Shown: positions 36,085 to 49,530, counted from the first letter of the stretch. The stretch is 64,000 nucleotides of DNA from Lama guanicoe (GCA_013239625.1 MU053216.1:2012943-2076942); one strand, 5' to 3'. Notes: generated by a model from the sequence alone, not told the origin. A program made the numbers and translations.

Positions 36085-36549
36085 CTTTGTTTTCTGTCTA
36101 TGAGACTATTTCTGTTTTGTAAATAAGTTCACTTGTTTGATTTTTTTAGGTTCCATGTAGAAGTGATATCATATATTTGTCTTTCTCTGTCTGACTGACT
36201 TCTCTTAATATAAGCATCTCTAGGTCCATCCTTGTTGCTGCCAATGGCATTATTTTACCCTTTTTTATGGCTGAGTAATTTGTGTGTGTGTGTGTATGTG
36301 TGTGTGTGTGTCTGTGTGTGTATAGACATAGAAAACAAAGTTATGGCTACCAAAAGGGAAGGGGTGGGGAGGGATAAATTAAGAATTTGGGATTAACAAA
36401 TACATACTACTGTATATAAAATAGGTAAGCAACAAGACCTATTGCAGAGCACAGGGAACTGTATTTGATATCTTGTAATTACCTATCATGGAAAAGAGTC
36501 TGAAGAAGAACACATGTCTGTGTGACTGGATCGCTTTGCTGTGCACCTG
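36085..36549. mobile_element. L1 with 5' inversion (36085-36279 minus, 36322-36549 plus) and a (TG)n tract at the junction
   Basis: The two segments are adjacent parts of the L1 3' region in opposite orientation, overlapping at tagacatagaaaacaaag. Confidence 0.8.
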
Positions 36550-36567
36550 CAGTCTTTGCTGTTTGGG

Positions 36568-36670
36568 GTTTTGATTGTGATAGTGATTACATGAATTTGC
36601 ACATGTGATAAAACTGCATGTAGCTACACACACACACACACAAGTGCATATAAAACCAGTGAAATCGGAG
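36568..36670 (+). mobile_element. Ancient L1MC-like 3' UTR fragment
   Basis: gattgtgatagtgattacatgaatttgcacatgtgataaaactgcat..(ca)n..aagtgcatataaaac. Confidence 0.6.
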
Positions 36671-36769
36671 GAGCATTACTCTAATTTAGCGCTGAGGGAC
36701 TGAAGACAGGGGAATTGGTTTGTCAGTTTATCAGAGTGTCTTAGAGACCCAGCAAGAGATGCACGTCTC

Positions 36770-37020
36770 TGCAAAGCGGTACCCGAATAGGCAAGAACAA
36801 ATCTGGCTCCAAGGTCTGTCCCCTTAACTCTCACCCTGGCCTCTGCTTCCTGGGCTGCGTTGCGCTGGTTCTGCACCTTTTCCAAAAGAAAGTTGCCTGG
36901 AGCCAGAAAGCTACAGGAGAGCCCCTTCTCAAGGCGCTGACCTCTAGGGCAGGACACTTTCCCACTCATGTCGGGATAAAAGTTGCAGAACAGAGGATAA
37001 CAGGGTGGTCTTCTGACCAT
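36770..37020 (+). mobile_element. ERV LTR 5' fragment (cetartiodactyl type)
   Basis: gaataggcaagaacaaatctggctcca..gttgcct..ttctcaaggcgctgacc..gataaaagttgcagaacagaggataaca resembles recalled artiodactyl LTR starts. Confidence 0.45.
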
Positions 37021-37475
37021 TTTTGGATTTTTGGTTATGAAGTTGTAGGAGCTGTTTGTGTACACGGACATAGTGCTTCCAAAAGCCACCCTGGCTGCGG
37101 TGAGCAGAGTAGGGCAGCGAGAGTGAAAACGGAGACACAGGAGGGCCGATGACGGTGGTGCCAGAGAAGAGGGGGCACTGAGATTGGTTTTGGGGCTGGG
37201 GCTGGCAGGCCTCCTGTGTGGAGAAAAGAAGCCGGAGACTTAAAGAGGCCGATGGGTCTTTGCCATGGGCACTAGAGGATGCAGGTAACTTTTCCTGAGA
37301 AACAAAAGTCTTGGGGGGGAGGGGGGATCCAGCCATGATGGGAAGAGGCCTGGCATCTTTGAGGAACCACAGGAAGAAACAGGCCTGGAGAATGGAATCG
37401 AGAGGGAGGGGAGGCTCAGCAGTGGGGCTGTGATTGGACCATCAGGGCCAGTCTTTATGCCCACGGGGAATAAAA

Positions 37476-37543
37476 TCTCTCTCCCTCTCTCTCTCTCTCA
37501 ATCTCTCTCTTTCTCTCTCTCTCTCTGTCTCTCTCTCTTCTCT
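37476..37543. repeat. (TC)n polypyrimidine tract
   Basis: Seen directly; follows AATAAA at 37469-37474, so it may be the end of an MLT2-type LTR. Confidence 0.85.
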
Positions 37544-37779
37544 GGTGATCACATACAGTTAAGGCCTTGCTTCTGTAGGATTTTCCCCTGAAGCCGGAAG
37601 TTTTGTGCGTAAGCACACGAAGAGGTGAATTAACTGTCCCTCTAATTTAAGAGAAAGTTGCTTCCTTGGCATCCTATTCGGCTCTTTTAACAAAACTGAG
37701 AAGAGTAAACCTCAGAGAGGCGTGATCAGTAATCACCAGTTGAGACAAGTGCGTTCACAGCAGCTCATCCAGAAAACGG

Positions 37780-38295
37780 AGTCAGCGCGCTGCCTGTGCG
37801 GGCGGCCGGGCAGCGCCCCGACGGAGGGACGCGCTTTGTCCCGGACAGAGCGGCCGGAGGGGCGAGTCTCCAGCACCCGGAGCGCCCCTGTCCATCAGCC
37901 ACGCCTGCCACCTGCTTCTCTGAGGGGCGCACCTAGCGTCCCGCCGCGCAGGCCGACACCCGAGACCTGGGACGAGAGAGCGGTTGGCGGGCGAGTGGAA
38001 GCAGACCCCAAGGTCGTTTCGCCGCCCTTCAGGGGAGAGGCTGTGGCGTCTTGCATGGGGATGCGCATAAATCGCGACCCCAACTCCTGCCACAGGCCTG
38101 GGAAGAAGGCACAGAGGGAAAGAACAGGCGGGGGCCGTCCCCGAGAGACGCACTGGGCGAGGGCAGCTGAGGACGCGCGCGTCCCGCGCGGCTCGCGGGG
38201 GGAACGTCGGAGGCGTTGGTCACGCAGCACGTGCACCAGACCCGCTCTTCTCAGCCCAGCTGTGAAAGGAGGCGCGTTGCATCGCAGTCCCGTTT
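37780..38295. promoter_or_regulatory. CpG island (orphan)
   Basis: ~500 bp CpG-dense block in an AT-rich neighbourhood. Confidence 0.6.
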
Positions 38296-38349
38296 TCTCA
38301 GGGCTTGTACACTTAAAAATCTCATTCTTGCTGAGTTTCTGTATTTTTA

Positions 38350-38509
38350 ATCAATTTTTTCATTTTGGGGGAGGTAATTAGGTTCATTTGTTTATTTATT
38401 ATTATTAGTGACAGTCGTAGTAGTCGTATTTTTAATGGAGATACTGAGGATTGACCCCAGGACCTTGTGCTTGCTAACACACACTCTACCGCTGAGCTAC
38501 ACCCTCCCC
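38350..38509 (-). mobile_element. tRNA-derived SINE
   Basis: ggggaggtaattaggttc..gattgaccccaggacc..ctaccgctgagctacaccctcccc. Confidence 0.88.
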
Positions 38510-39401
38510 ATTAATTTTACTTATTTTTAATGAAAGGATTCAGAAGTAATGCGTGTCTCTTGAAAACAAGGATTTCTTTTTATCGCCTGAGCAAACATCG
38601 TAAAATTTTTCTTTCCCGTGACGGTTCCACCCCTTTAACGTGGTAGCTCTGGTAATTCATTGCCAGACTTGTTATTTATGATTAAGTTTCACGTTGAGTT
38701 TTTTATAGCACGTAGCACCTTGAACAGGTTCAGAGCAGTACTGATGTGATGTAGCCTGTGAGTGGAGTTCAAGTTCTCTTCACCTGACTACAAACGTGCA
38801 CACCACCGCGGTCGATGGCTGATTACGGTGGTTGGCTGTCTCCGTTACAAAGTCAATAGCAAAGTTAGTGCCCCGTACGGAACACTTCAATATAATTGAC
38901 ATCTGCTTTCAAATCTGGGAGAACAAGCTTCCCTTACTCTCCCATTTGTGTTTGTGTTGGAAATAATCAGGGAGATACTGAAAACAAGCCATATGGTCAA
39001 TGACAATAAATGCTTCAAACAGTCTCTTTGGACACACACTTCATTTGGAGTACCGCAGGTGATTAATGCAGATTATTGTACAATTTCCACGTGGATGAAA
39101 GGATTTCAGGCACGCTTTCTTCTCACCTCAAGTACGTTGTTGACTGACGTGCACTTCTGGTGTTTATTACTGCATAAAATGAAAGAGCAGAACATATGTT
39201 TGCCGAGATAGCATTCACAGAGGGGCAGGATGGCGGGTCAGAGCTGGTTAAGGTTTATTTCCTCTGCCTACTTATCACACAGTTTTTCTTGTATTTATTT
39301 GGTTGTTTAGAAGGAAGAGAACAGAAGACTATTCCTGGAATGTTCTCTTTGCCCCAAACATCCCGAGTTCAAGAAAATAAGAAGTTAAAAATGTCTGAGA
39401 A

Positions 39402-39679
39402 TAGAAAACAAGCTACAGTGACCAAAGAGAAAGAGGGGGGAGGGGTAAGTTAGGAGTCTGGGATTCACAGACACTACTACTGTACATAGAACAGATAAAC
39501 AACAAGGTCCTACTGTCCAGCACAGGGAACTCTGTTCAGTATCTTGTAATAACCCATAATGGAAAAGAATCTGAAAAAGAATATATGTATGCAAAACTGA
39601 ACCACTTTGCTGTACACCTGAAACTAACACAACACTGTAAATCAATTATACTTCAATAATAAAAAAAAAGAAATTAGGA
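39402..39679 (+). mobile_element. L1 3' end with TSD
   Basis: TSD aaaaatgtctgagaa at 39387-39401 and 39680-39694. Confidence 0.92.
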
Positions 39680-40263
39680 AAAAATGTCTGAGAAAGGAAG
39701 AACTTTTAAAAGCAAAAGTTGTGATTGGTAAGTGATCACTACTGAGAATGGTGCCGACAGTGTAAAGAATTTAAAGACAAAGATCACAGAGCTGCTCACA
39801 CAGGACACATCTGCTTGCTCAGTCACTGGCTCCCCGTTTCCATGTGAGAGAGCCCAAGGAATGAAACACTTTCTGACATCCTTCCATCTCTTTTAGGTTC
39901 GTTAAAATAGTTGCCTTTTAATATTTAATTTAAAATATTTTTTATAATATTCTGAAATTCAGTGCAGCGGGATTTCTCTGTCCCTTTTGTTTCATATTTG
40001 CTATCTTGAGTTTCTTCTTCGAGGGAGCTGACTCATTCTCCGTGGACATCGATTTGCTTATCAGTATGGCAGATACAGTAGTATCTCCCTCCCAGGGACA
40101 CAGAGAGCCCAGAATGAGATAACGGTGTGACAGTGCCTGGAATAGAGCAGTTTCTAAGTAAAGATTTTTTTCTCCTTCCCTTCTCCTCCTTTTTTTCACT
40201 TATCTATTTTCTTATTTCCTTTCTTCATTCTTTCCTAGTTGTAAATCTTAAATGCATTATTCT

Positions 40264-40461
40264 CTTATTTATTTTTTATTGAAATACAGTCAGTTACAGT
40301 GTGCCAATTTCTGGTGCACAGCATAGTGTCCCAGTCATACATATATATACACATATTCATTTTCATAATCTTTTTCATTAAAGGTTGTTATCAGATATTG
40401 TTTATAGTTCCCTGTGCTATACAGAAGAAATTTGATTCTTGTCTATTTTTACATATAGTGG
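40264..40461 (-). mobile_element. L1 3' tip with TSD
   Basis: TSD aaatgcattattct at 40250-40263 and 40462-40475. Confidence 0.92.
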
Positions 40462-40867
40462 AAATGCATTATTCTTGAGTGATATTATCTCTCTCATTTA
40501 AAAATTGTGACCATGGATCTGTCTCAGTTAAAATGAAGAGTGATGACTCTTTTTATGGACTGGTTGGTGAAAGGAAGGAACAGAGGGAGAGAAGTGGGGA
40601 GAGAGAAAGACTTGAAAGGGGAGAGCTTTTCTTTGTTGACACTGCTGGCATTTCAAGTTTTGTTCTGATTCATCTGTCTCTATTACTTAATTCAAAGTAG
40701 ACTGAGTACAATATGGTTAACATTCTAGAAATTTGGTAAAATTCTACAAATAAAATGCTGTTTCATATCAAACTACTGTCCAGTTCTGTTTAAAGATCTA
40801 CTGTGTACTTAGTGTACCCCAGGCACTGACTCATCACATGTATCTAAAATGGATTTTTACAAATTAA

Positions 40868-42540
40868 ACTTTTAATTTTTGTTTTGAGATAATTGGAGAT
40901 TCACATGCTGTTGCAAGCCCTTGGACCCTCTACCCGGTTTTCCCACGTTGTAGCCTCGTGCAGGACTCTGGGACCACCAGGATGGAGTCCAGATGCACAT
41001 CATTTCATCACCGCAGGGGTCTCTCTTCTCTTCAGCCACATCTGTTTCCCTTCCATTCCTTCCCCTGCTTAACCCCTGGCAAGCACCTATCTGTTCTCCA
41101 TGGCTACCATTTTGCAACTCCAAGACTATTATATGAACAGAAATCGTACAGTATGTAACCCGTGGGATGGGCTTTCCCACTCAGCACAGCTCTCTGGAGA
41201 TCCACCCAGGCTACTGAGTGAGTCAGCACTTCCCCCTGTTTACTGCTGAGCAGTGCTCTGTTGATGGTACCGCAGGTGCTAAACCACTCACCCAATGGAG
41301 GACATTTTTCTCTGCATTTTTGCTATCTTGAAAAAAGATTGCTATAAATAGCACTGGTTTTGTGTGAACATAAGTATTCATTTCTCTGCGATTAATGCCC
41401 AAGAGTGCAATTTCGGGCTCCTGTTGTAGTTTCATGTTTAGCGCCTAAGTGTTTTCTAGGGTGGCGATGCCATTTTACATTCCCACGGGCACCTAGCATT
41501 TGGTGTCGCCACTATTTTCTGTTTCAGGCATTCTAATAGAAGCACAGCGGTATCTTATTGTGGTTTTAATTTGCATTTCTCCTTAGTCTAATTATGTGAT
41601 GTGTGTGTGTATGGCCTCTTCTGCTCTGTGAATCTATGTGCTCATTCCTCCACCAATACCTTACGGCCTTGATTACTGTCACTTTATAATAAGCCTTGAA
41701 ATCAGGTGGGTTTATTTTTCCCACTTTATTCTTCTTTTACAAAATTGTTTTGGCTATTCTAGTTCTTTTGCTTTTTCATGTAAATTTTAGAATAAATTAT
41801 CTGTATCAACAGAAATTTTTCCAGGCTTTCAACAGGAATTTGGTTAAACCCATGTTATCAGTTTTGAGAGACGTGACGTCTTTATTATACTTGGTCTTCA
41901 AATCCAGTACCATGGTACGTTTCTCCACTTCCGTAGATCTTTTTTGATTTCTTTCACCAGTACTTTGTAGCCTTCAGAATACAGTCCTTGAATAGGAAAC
42001 GAACTTAAGATTACCAAAGGGGAAAGAGGGGGGAGGGATAAGTTAGGAATTTGCGATTAATAGATTATACATAGATTATAACACATTATTACATATAAAA
42101 TAAATAAACAGTAAGGACCTAGTGTAGAGCACAGGGAACTATATTCAATATCTTGTAATAATCTATAATGGAAATTTGTCTGAAAAAGAATATATGCAAG
42201 TTATATATGTTATATACATTTCATATATATATCTGAAGTAAATAAATATATACAAAAACTGATTCACATATATATCTATAGTAGTATTGTTCTCTCTTTT
42301 ATTTTGGCTAGAAGTTTGTCAATTTTATAATCTTTTCAAAGAACAGGCTCTTTGTTTCATTAATTTTCTCAGTTATTTTCCTGTCTTCAGTTTCACTGAT
42401 GTCTGCTCTTATCTGTGGGCTTTCCCCTCCTGTTTGTTTGGGTTTATTTTGCGCTTCCTTTCTCTAGGGCCTTGAGATGGAAGCTTAGATTATTTATTTG
42501 AGACTTTTTTCTTTTCTGATATATTTTTCTAATGTCATTT
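40868..42540 (-). mobile_element. Ancient L1 (L1MC-like), fragmented
   Basis: ttttgagataattggagattcacatgc 3' end; ORF2 remnant EPEIALLGINRREMNTYVHTK; ttttcaaagaacaggctctttgtttcattaattttctc. Confidence 0.75.
41990..42270 (+). mobile_element. Younger L1 3' UTR fragment nested in the ancient L1
   Basis: ttaccaaaggggaaag..agcacagggaactatattcaatatcttgtaataa. Confidence 0.85.
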
Positions 42541-42929
42541 TTCATTCAGCTCTAGGCCTCTTGGTTCTTGGTTCTTTTTTGTTGGCACCTGGACATTTGG
42601 ATATTCTAGATCTTATTTAAATCTGTTTTAATTGGATTTCTCTGGTAACATTCAGGCGGGGGAGGGGCTGACCTCCTTACCCCTGGGTGATGAGAGTGGT
42701 CCTCACCCTCCATTTACACCGCCCCAGAGGAGAGGAGGATGCTTGACGGCCAAGTAGACATAGTCAGTCTCCACTGACTCCAAGGGAGCTCGGCTCGTTT
42801 CTGGCAGATAGAGCTGAATGTCCCAGCTCCCTTCTTGGTCTTCTCTGACACCAGCTTGAGGGCGTGTTGGGGTCCCCTCAGTACAGTCTTGTGAAGGTGG
42901 AATCTAAGCTCCCTACTTGGCCTGTTTAA

Positions 42930-43090
42930 AAAATATATTTTTATACAAATTTTAGAGGTTGCTTTCTATTTAAAATTATTGCAAAATTGTTGGCCATGTT
43001 CCCCGTGTGTACAATGCATCCTTGAGCCTACCTCATGCTTCGCAGTTTGTACCTCCCACCCCGCCCCTCCGTAGTAACGCCCCGCTCCCC
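42930..43090 (-). mobile_element. L1 3' UTR fragment (another artiodactyl-type subfamily)
   Basis: ttggccatgttccccgtgtgtacaatgcatccttgagcc..gtttgtacctcccacccc. Confidence 0.55.
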
Positions 43091-43714
43091 CGCCTTTGCT
43101 GGTGCGGGGAGGGGGGGCGGCAGCTTCTCTGGTGGTGTTTGACTGGAGGAGAGGGGTTATGGTCTGAAAGGGTGTTTTTTGGCTTGTTTTCTAGTTCGGT
43201 CTTGCTGGACTTACCGTGTCCTGATCGTTTGGCTGGAGGGAGCAGAGTTTTCTTTCGTTCTTGGAGGGCGACCTGTCTGCACTGGCATTTCCAGGTTGCT
43301 GGCTCCTGTGGCAAGTCTGGGCTCTCCAAGGAGAAGCTGGTCCAGGGGACTCAGCTCCTGAGCCCCCTCGCCGGTTTGCCCCACTCTCCTCTCCGACTTT
43401 CAGTTTTAGGTTTGTTTTGTAGGTAACGTCCAGGACGTGTAGTTGAACTTAGCGGGAGGACTAGGAAAACAGGGTCTCCCCCATCTTCCTAAAGGCGACG
43501 TCTCCTAAAATAGAAGGTTTAGTACAAACATTCACTTAATCTTGTTGGGTGCATCCTCCAGAGGTCCAGGCAGTGGTTTCAGACATCTGTCCAGCCCGCC
43601 ACCTCCCCCCCACACACCATTTTTTTTTTTTAAAGAGCAAGAACATCTGAGGTTAACGCAAGGCAGCGTGGCTGCAGCGGCAGCTGCTCGGTTGCAGTAC
43701 AGCTTGTGGTGGGG

Positions 43715-43746
<32 letters not shown>

Positions 43747-43848
43747 AATTGGAGCTTTCTTGGGATACAGTTTGCATACCATACAATTCACCCATCCAAA
43801 GTGCACATTCAATTACATACCTACAAGTCACCCATTCAACATGTACAG
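43715..43848 (-). mobile_element. Ancient L1MB-like 3' tip with (GTTTT)n tail
   Basis: gatacagtttgcataccatacaattcacccat..aagtgcacattca. Confidence 0.65.
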
Positions 43849-43981
43849 TTTTTTTTTTTTGGAAGGGAGGTAATTAGGATTATTGATTTATTTCTATTTT
43901 TTATTTGAGGTGCTGGGGATTGAACCCAGGACCTCGTGCCTGCTAAGCACGTGCTCTACCACTGAGCTACACCCTCCCCCC
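43849..43981 (-). mobile_element. tRNA-derived SINE
   Basis: gaggtgctggggattgaacccaggacctcgtgcctgctaagcacgtgctctaccactgagctacaccctcccc. Confidence 0.93.
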
Positions 43982-45785
43982 TGCCCAGCTTGTGGTCTTT
44001 TTATTGTAGCATTTTAGATTGGCTCTGAATTCCTCTATATAATGCTTACTAATTATTAGTTAGTTCTTTTAGGGAGGGTGGCATTATAAGTAATAACATG
44101 TATATTTGCCTGCTAGGTAATGTTTAAGACTCTCTTGCATCTAAGCATTATTGAAGTTGCTCACAAGGGACAGATAATTTAATATTGACACAACCTTAAA
44201 TAAATTGAAAAGGAATAGATCGGAGTAATGAGATTCATAAAGATGTTAATATTAATGGGGAAACCTTTGGGGAAGCATGGTATAAAATCAAAGAAACTGG
44301 GAACCCTAGATGTAAATGATGAAACTAGTTAATGGTGAAAAAGTTGGTTATTTTTGTTTCCATCTCTTTTCCAGTCAGACTAGTTATGTCCTCAGCACAA
44401 GTTGTCAGTCTTTGCCAACTCTGACGTAGAATTCTCAGAAATAAAAAGGGGTTGAAATTTGTAGAAAATAAGGTGTATTTCTTTTGGAATCAAAACAGCA
44501 CCAAGCTTTATTTCTGAAATAAGTCTGTGTTTACATGTCTGTACATTTGTGAAAATTGCAGGTCATTTTCCCAGCCTAGGTATGCTGGCAAATTGATCTG
44601 TGACTGAATTATTAGTGGCCGTCGGTGTGCTGAGCGCTGAAGACGGATCTTCGTAGCTCGGCTGTTCCAGTCGTTGCGCCGGTGCTGGTGGTGATGCGAG
44701 GTCACGCCCCCAGTGGACAGGGTGCAGCCCCAGCGCCACACGCGTCAGCTTCACCACGGCCGTGCTGACGCCAGCGGAGCGGGGTGCCGCTCCCCCATAC
44801 CCACCGCCAGGAAGCTGCCGTGACAGGCTCGGGCCTCCAGCCAGTCGGCCCTCAGAAGCTGTAAAGCGGAGAGCTGGAACAGCACCCCTAGAGCTGAGGA
44901 AAAACATACTTTGACCTGAAAATACTCAGTTGGGTGTTTCCCTTTAAAATTCGCTGAAAGTGGTCTCAACTTTGCTTGACCAATGCAATCAGTTCTATGA
45001 CGGTCTATTTACATGTCCCCCAACCCCACAGAAAAGCTTAAAATCCATCCCTTTCTCTTTTTTTCTAATCTCTACCGCGCTGTTTGGAGCACAGGGGTCA
45101 CGCACTGTTACCTGGCTTGTGGATTTCTTTGCAAGAAAAACTCAAGGAGTCATTCCTTCCTTAACTGCTTGAAGAGAAACCATCTTGTCTGCTTTTGCTC
45201 GCTATTTGTGTGACCGGACTTGCTCTCCAGGGTCCTCCATAGCCTAGGAAACGCTGGGTTGTCCAGATACCTTCATATCTGCACAAGGCGTGTGTGCGTA
45301 GGGGTATGCACGTAGAACACAGCTTTGCTTCCTCTGCTCCGCGGCGCAGATCACCCACAGTCACCCGTCGTCCACTGACAGCTGTACGCCTCTTTACAGA
45401 CTCCCCTTCCCGCTTAAACATCTCAGTGAAGCGGGCGTTGAGCACTCAGCAGAGGAAACTCGGGACTTTCGCTTGAGTCTGAGGATAAAGGAATTGTCCG
45501 TTTCCGGGGTTTCTCCCATAGGTCTTACAAGAAGACAAAGCTCAAAGTGATTAGAATGGCGTTTTCCCCTGGACGCCATGTCTTACTTTCAGAAAACACA
45601 GCAGGGAGCCATCTTTGGTGATGAGGGGGAAGCAAGAGTGTGATTTCTATCTTATGAAAAGAATCGACTTTAAACTTTCAACCGTGAGTGAACCTGCTTT
45701 ATTTCGCTTCGTTTATTTTTCAATTACCTCCCCTCTAGATTAGCCATTTATAAACTTGTCATATGCAGAACTATTTACTTGAAGT

Positions 45786-45915
45786 GGGGTGCAGAGCTCA
45801 GTGGGAGAGCATGTGCCTAGCATACGCAAGGTCCTGGGGCTGGTTCCCAGCACCTCCACTAAAAAATAAATAAATAAATAAATGCCTAATCACCCCCCCC
45901 AAAATAAACCACAAA
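45786..45915 (+). mobile_element. tRNA-derived SINE
   Basis: agctcagtgggagagcatgtgcctagcatacgcaaggtcctgg..taaatgcctaatcacccccc. Confidence 0.88.
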
Positions 45916-46846
45916 ACAGAATTTAAAAATTCAAAGAACTGCACTGAGAAACCATGAAAAACATTTACTTGAAAAAACACGTTACAGAGAAAGCATCTTT
46001 TTTTTTTTTTGTGGCTAAAGCAGACTTCACGGGTAAACGCACGTCTGTCTCGAGTCAAGCATTCAGCTGTAGGGCCCCTCTTCCTTCTCAGCTGCAGGCA
46101 TCTCCCTGCCGGCGAGAGCAGCAGTCACCAAATGCCGTGAGCGAGAACCTGTCTGCGCGGCAACTGAGCGAAACCAAATTGTTCTTACAGAGAGATTGGT
46201 TGGGAGCTGAACTCTGGTCATTGTAAGACAGAATAACTCTCATAGGAACATGTTAAGTCAAAGAAATTGCTTCTAATTACATCCAAGTATGGCAAACTCT
46301 TTCTACAGGGCGGAGGCCCCCGCTACCAGGGTTCTCGGGGACCCCCAGTGCCCGCTGGCTGCTCGCTGCTGCTCTCTGCGTGTGTGCCGCCTCGTCCGGC
46401 TCCCTTTCCCTCAGCGCCGCCGTCGGGCTCCTGCCTTGTCCACCATTCAGATCTCCTTCAGGGGGTTTCTTAGGATCTGCTCAACTGGTTGCAATGCGTA
46501 CTCTCTTTTCAGTTCCTCAAGTACTTCTCTTACAGCCCTGAATGGCAGGAGACAGGGGGAGAAATCAGAAAGCTGTGGGCACACTGCAGTAAACAAGACA
46601 GTGGTCTGGGTCAGGGCGCTGCTAGTAGAGACGGGCGGAGTGGGCAGGTGTGCGATGCAGTCTAGAGGTGGGGTTTATGTGGCTTGCCGAGGGATTGCAT
46701 GTGAAAAATGAAGAAAAGAAGAAATCAAGAGTAACTCCCAGGTTTCTGCTCGAGACAGAACAGAAGGCAAGACCATTTTCTAAGTTAAGGATGAGGACAG
46801 GTCTGGAGAGAAATCATGTTAAGACTGAGATGCTGATGAGGAAACT

Positions 46847-47230
46847 GTGTTAGTCTGGAAGGCTGACTGCCTTTCTAACTAGCAAATAGATCAAAAAATA
46901 CATATATATTAGTTTAAAGACTAGTTTTTTAGCTTCTGTAACATATGGGGGATGGATTAGAAGGGCAGCCCTCTTCTGTGTGTTCTTCAGAGATTCTCTG
47001 TCACCATCAGCATGTGGCTTTGTCTCCCTGGGGTCCTCTTCGTTCTACCAGGAAGAAGAGAGCAAAACCATGAGGCAGTGGGCATGGGAGGTTTCAGGGG
47101 GGCCAGGACTGGAGACTGGGGGAGCACACATCACTTCTGCTTGCATGCCTGCATACAATACAGCCACATGCCACACCTGCCTAGGAGACGCGGTCTGGTT
47201 TACCCTCACGATGTGGACTTGGAAGAGCAC
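46847..47230. mobile_element. Old MaLR LTR (MLT1-type) inside L2 fragments
   Basis: tgtgttagtc..ccatcagcatgtggctt..ggccaggactggag..acacatcacttctgc. Confidence 0.55.
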
Positions 47231-47645
47231 TAGAAGGCGCCTATGCACCTGGACCCTTCAAGTTGGCAGTTGGAGGAGGAGCCTGGAGCTCAGGGACGTC
47301 TGCACTGGGGATCTAAATTTTGAAAATATGTAGCATAAGATAGTATTTAAAAGCATAAAACAGGGCAAGATTCTTAGGGAGACGAGGATAGGATCACATG
47401 ATTAGTGACTTTTATGGCCAAGTATTGTAAAAGAATAAGTCCATAAGAGACAAGAGTAGAGTTGGATGTGGACTAACCACCACCAGGCAGGGACTGAGAA
47501 TGTGAACCTCCCTCTCTGAGCCCCAACAATCCTACGGGGCTGCCAGTACCTTGGGCAGGAAGAAGGAAGGCTGAGAACTTGGAGGAACGAGGACCAGAGA
47601 GACCAGTTTGGGGCTGTGGAAGATGGAAAGAAAATGGATGAAGTG

Positions 47646-48042
47646 AAGTAAGCCAGAAAGAGAAAGAAAAATACCATATGATGTCATTCATATGTGGAAT
47701 CTAAAAAGAAAAAAAGGACATTAATGAACTCATCTACAAAACAGAAACAGACTCACAGACACAGTAAACAGTCTTACGGTTACCAGGGGAAAGAAGGCAG
47801 GAAGGGATAAACTTGGGAGTTTGAGCTTTGCAAATGTTAACCACTATATATATAAATAGATAAAAAACAAATTTCTTCTGTAGAGCACAGGGAGCTATAT
47901 TCAATATCTTGTAATAACCTTTAATGAAAAAGAATATGAAAATGAATATATGTATATATATTTGTGACTGGGACGTTGTGCTGTGCACCAGAAATTGACA
48001 CAATGTAACTGACTCTACTTCAATTAAAAAAAAAAAAAGAAA
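47646..48042 (+). mobile_element. L1 3' end with TSD
   Basis: TSD aaaatggatgaagtg at 47631-47645 and 48043-48057; poly-A tail. Confidence 0.95.
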
Positions 48043-48109
48043 AAAATGGATGAAGTGTTGAGCAGGGTATCTGTACTCTTAGGGTCTAGAAAGGCAGTGA
48101 GGATGGGTA

Positions 48110-48305
48110 GGTCTGTTTCTAAGTCACCGTTTTAGCTGTGGGTTCTTGGGCAAGTTCCTTAAATGCTCTAGTAGCTCATTCATAAGATGAAGATAATTGT
48201 AGTAACTTTCACTGAGAGTTGTGGGCATTGAATGAGATAAGGTACAGAAATCATCAGCACAGGGACTGCCACGTGGGCAGGGCTCAGTCTGTTTAGTTCT
48301 TATTT
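48110..48305 (+). mobile_element. MIR
   Basis: tagctgtgggttcttgggcaagttccttaa..gagagttgtgggcattgaatgagataa. Confidence 0.75.
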
Positions 48306-49530
48306 CAATATCTTTGAGAAGCATTTACAGATGTGCAAATGGCCTTGTGCATCATTTAGTAAATATTTGCTGAATGAATAAGTACATACGTCGTAAAGGC
48401 TCAGCTAATCTCAGTGCCATTAGGGGATTTTAATGATAAACCAGCACATAAACAAGTGTCATACAGAGAACATTGTTGTCTCAGGGACGAACAACAAACA
48501 TTTCAATATAACAAGACGCGCAAGTTAAATTTCAAGGCATTTGGCAAAATTACTGTGTAATTTCTTTGATTTAGGAAGCCTAGATTTTCTAAGAGAGTTT
48601 ACGAGTGAATTTTTTAGAATTGAAATCTTACGGCAGGAAAAATGACAGACATTTCATATTTTGCTGAGCTTAAAAAATTCCGTAGTTAATTCTTCTTTAA
48701 GCATAACTGACTACTCTCCATCAATACTAGTTTCAATTCTCAAATCAATAGGCTGGATGTTTTGGGGAAAAAAATCTAATTAGTCTCACTGAGGGGTTAC
48801 CTTTCTAACTCGGGGGAGGTGCCCCGCCACTCCCGAGGTATTGACTGGGATGGAAGCCCCTTTTTAACGGCCCCCCATGAGGTCGGTGTCGGTGCCCTGG
48901 GCAGCACGTGGAGCCGCAGCAGCTGTGGAGACTCGCTCTGTTCCCTCCCGGCTCTGTCAGCTCCACTTTGCTACATTTGGTAAAGCAGGCGTTTCACTTA
49001 GGTTTCCTGCAAGTGGGATGTTTTCCCCAGAGAGACAGGCGTCATCACTGAGCAAACCAAGAGGCGTCTCATCCCAGATCCTGGTCCTGAGATGGTACCA
49101 ACGCCTGACTGGAGGGACAAGGGGAGCGACGTCAGCGTTCACCTGTTCCAGCTGGAGACGCCTTGTCACGCTCATCCGTCCGCGACCCCAGCTCACTGCT
49201 CTCTCTGCATCAGCTCCTCTTGGAATGCCTTTCTCCACCCGTTTCCCACACGGAGTGCAAACCTGTCCTTCAAGACCCAACTCGAAGGTCACTTTCTCTT
49301 TGACGCCTTTCTCTCCTGTGGGGACGGCTTCCTCTGCTTTGCTGCCAGAGTATCTCACGTTTGCTGAGACGGAAGCGCTTTTCCAGGCGTCCTCACTGTT
49401 CCTTACTGTGTCTCCGTCCCTCTGACTCCAGCACGGTACCTGGCACCCCTTTGCCTGAGAGCATCTTCCTCTGAGTGCATGGATCCTTGGGGAGTCGGAT
49501 GACGTGGTGCCTCTTTGCTGCGATACATTG

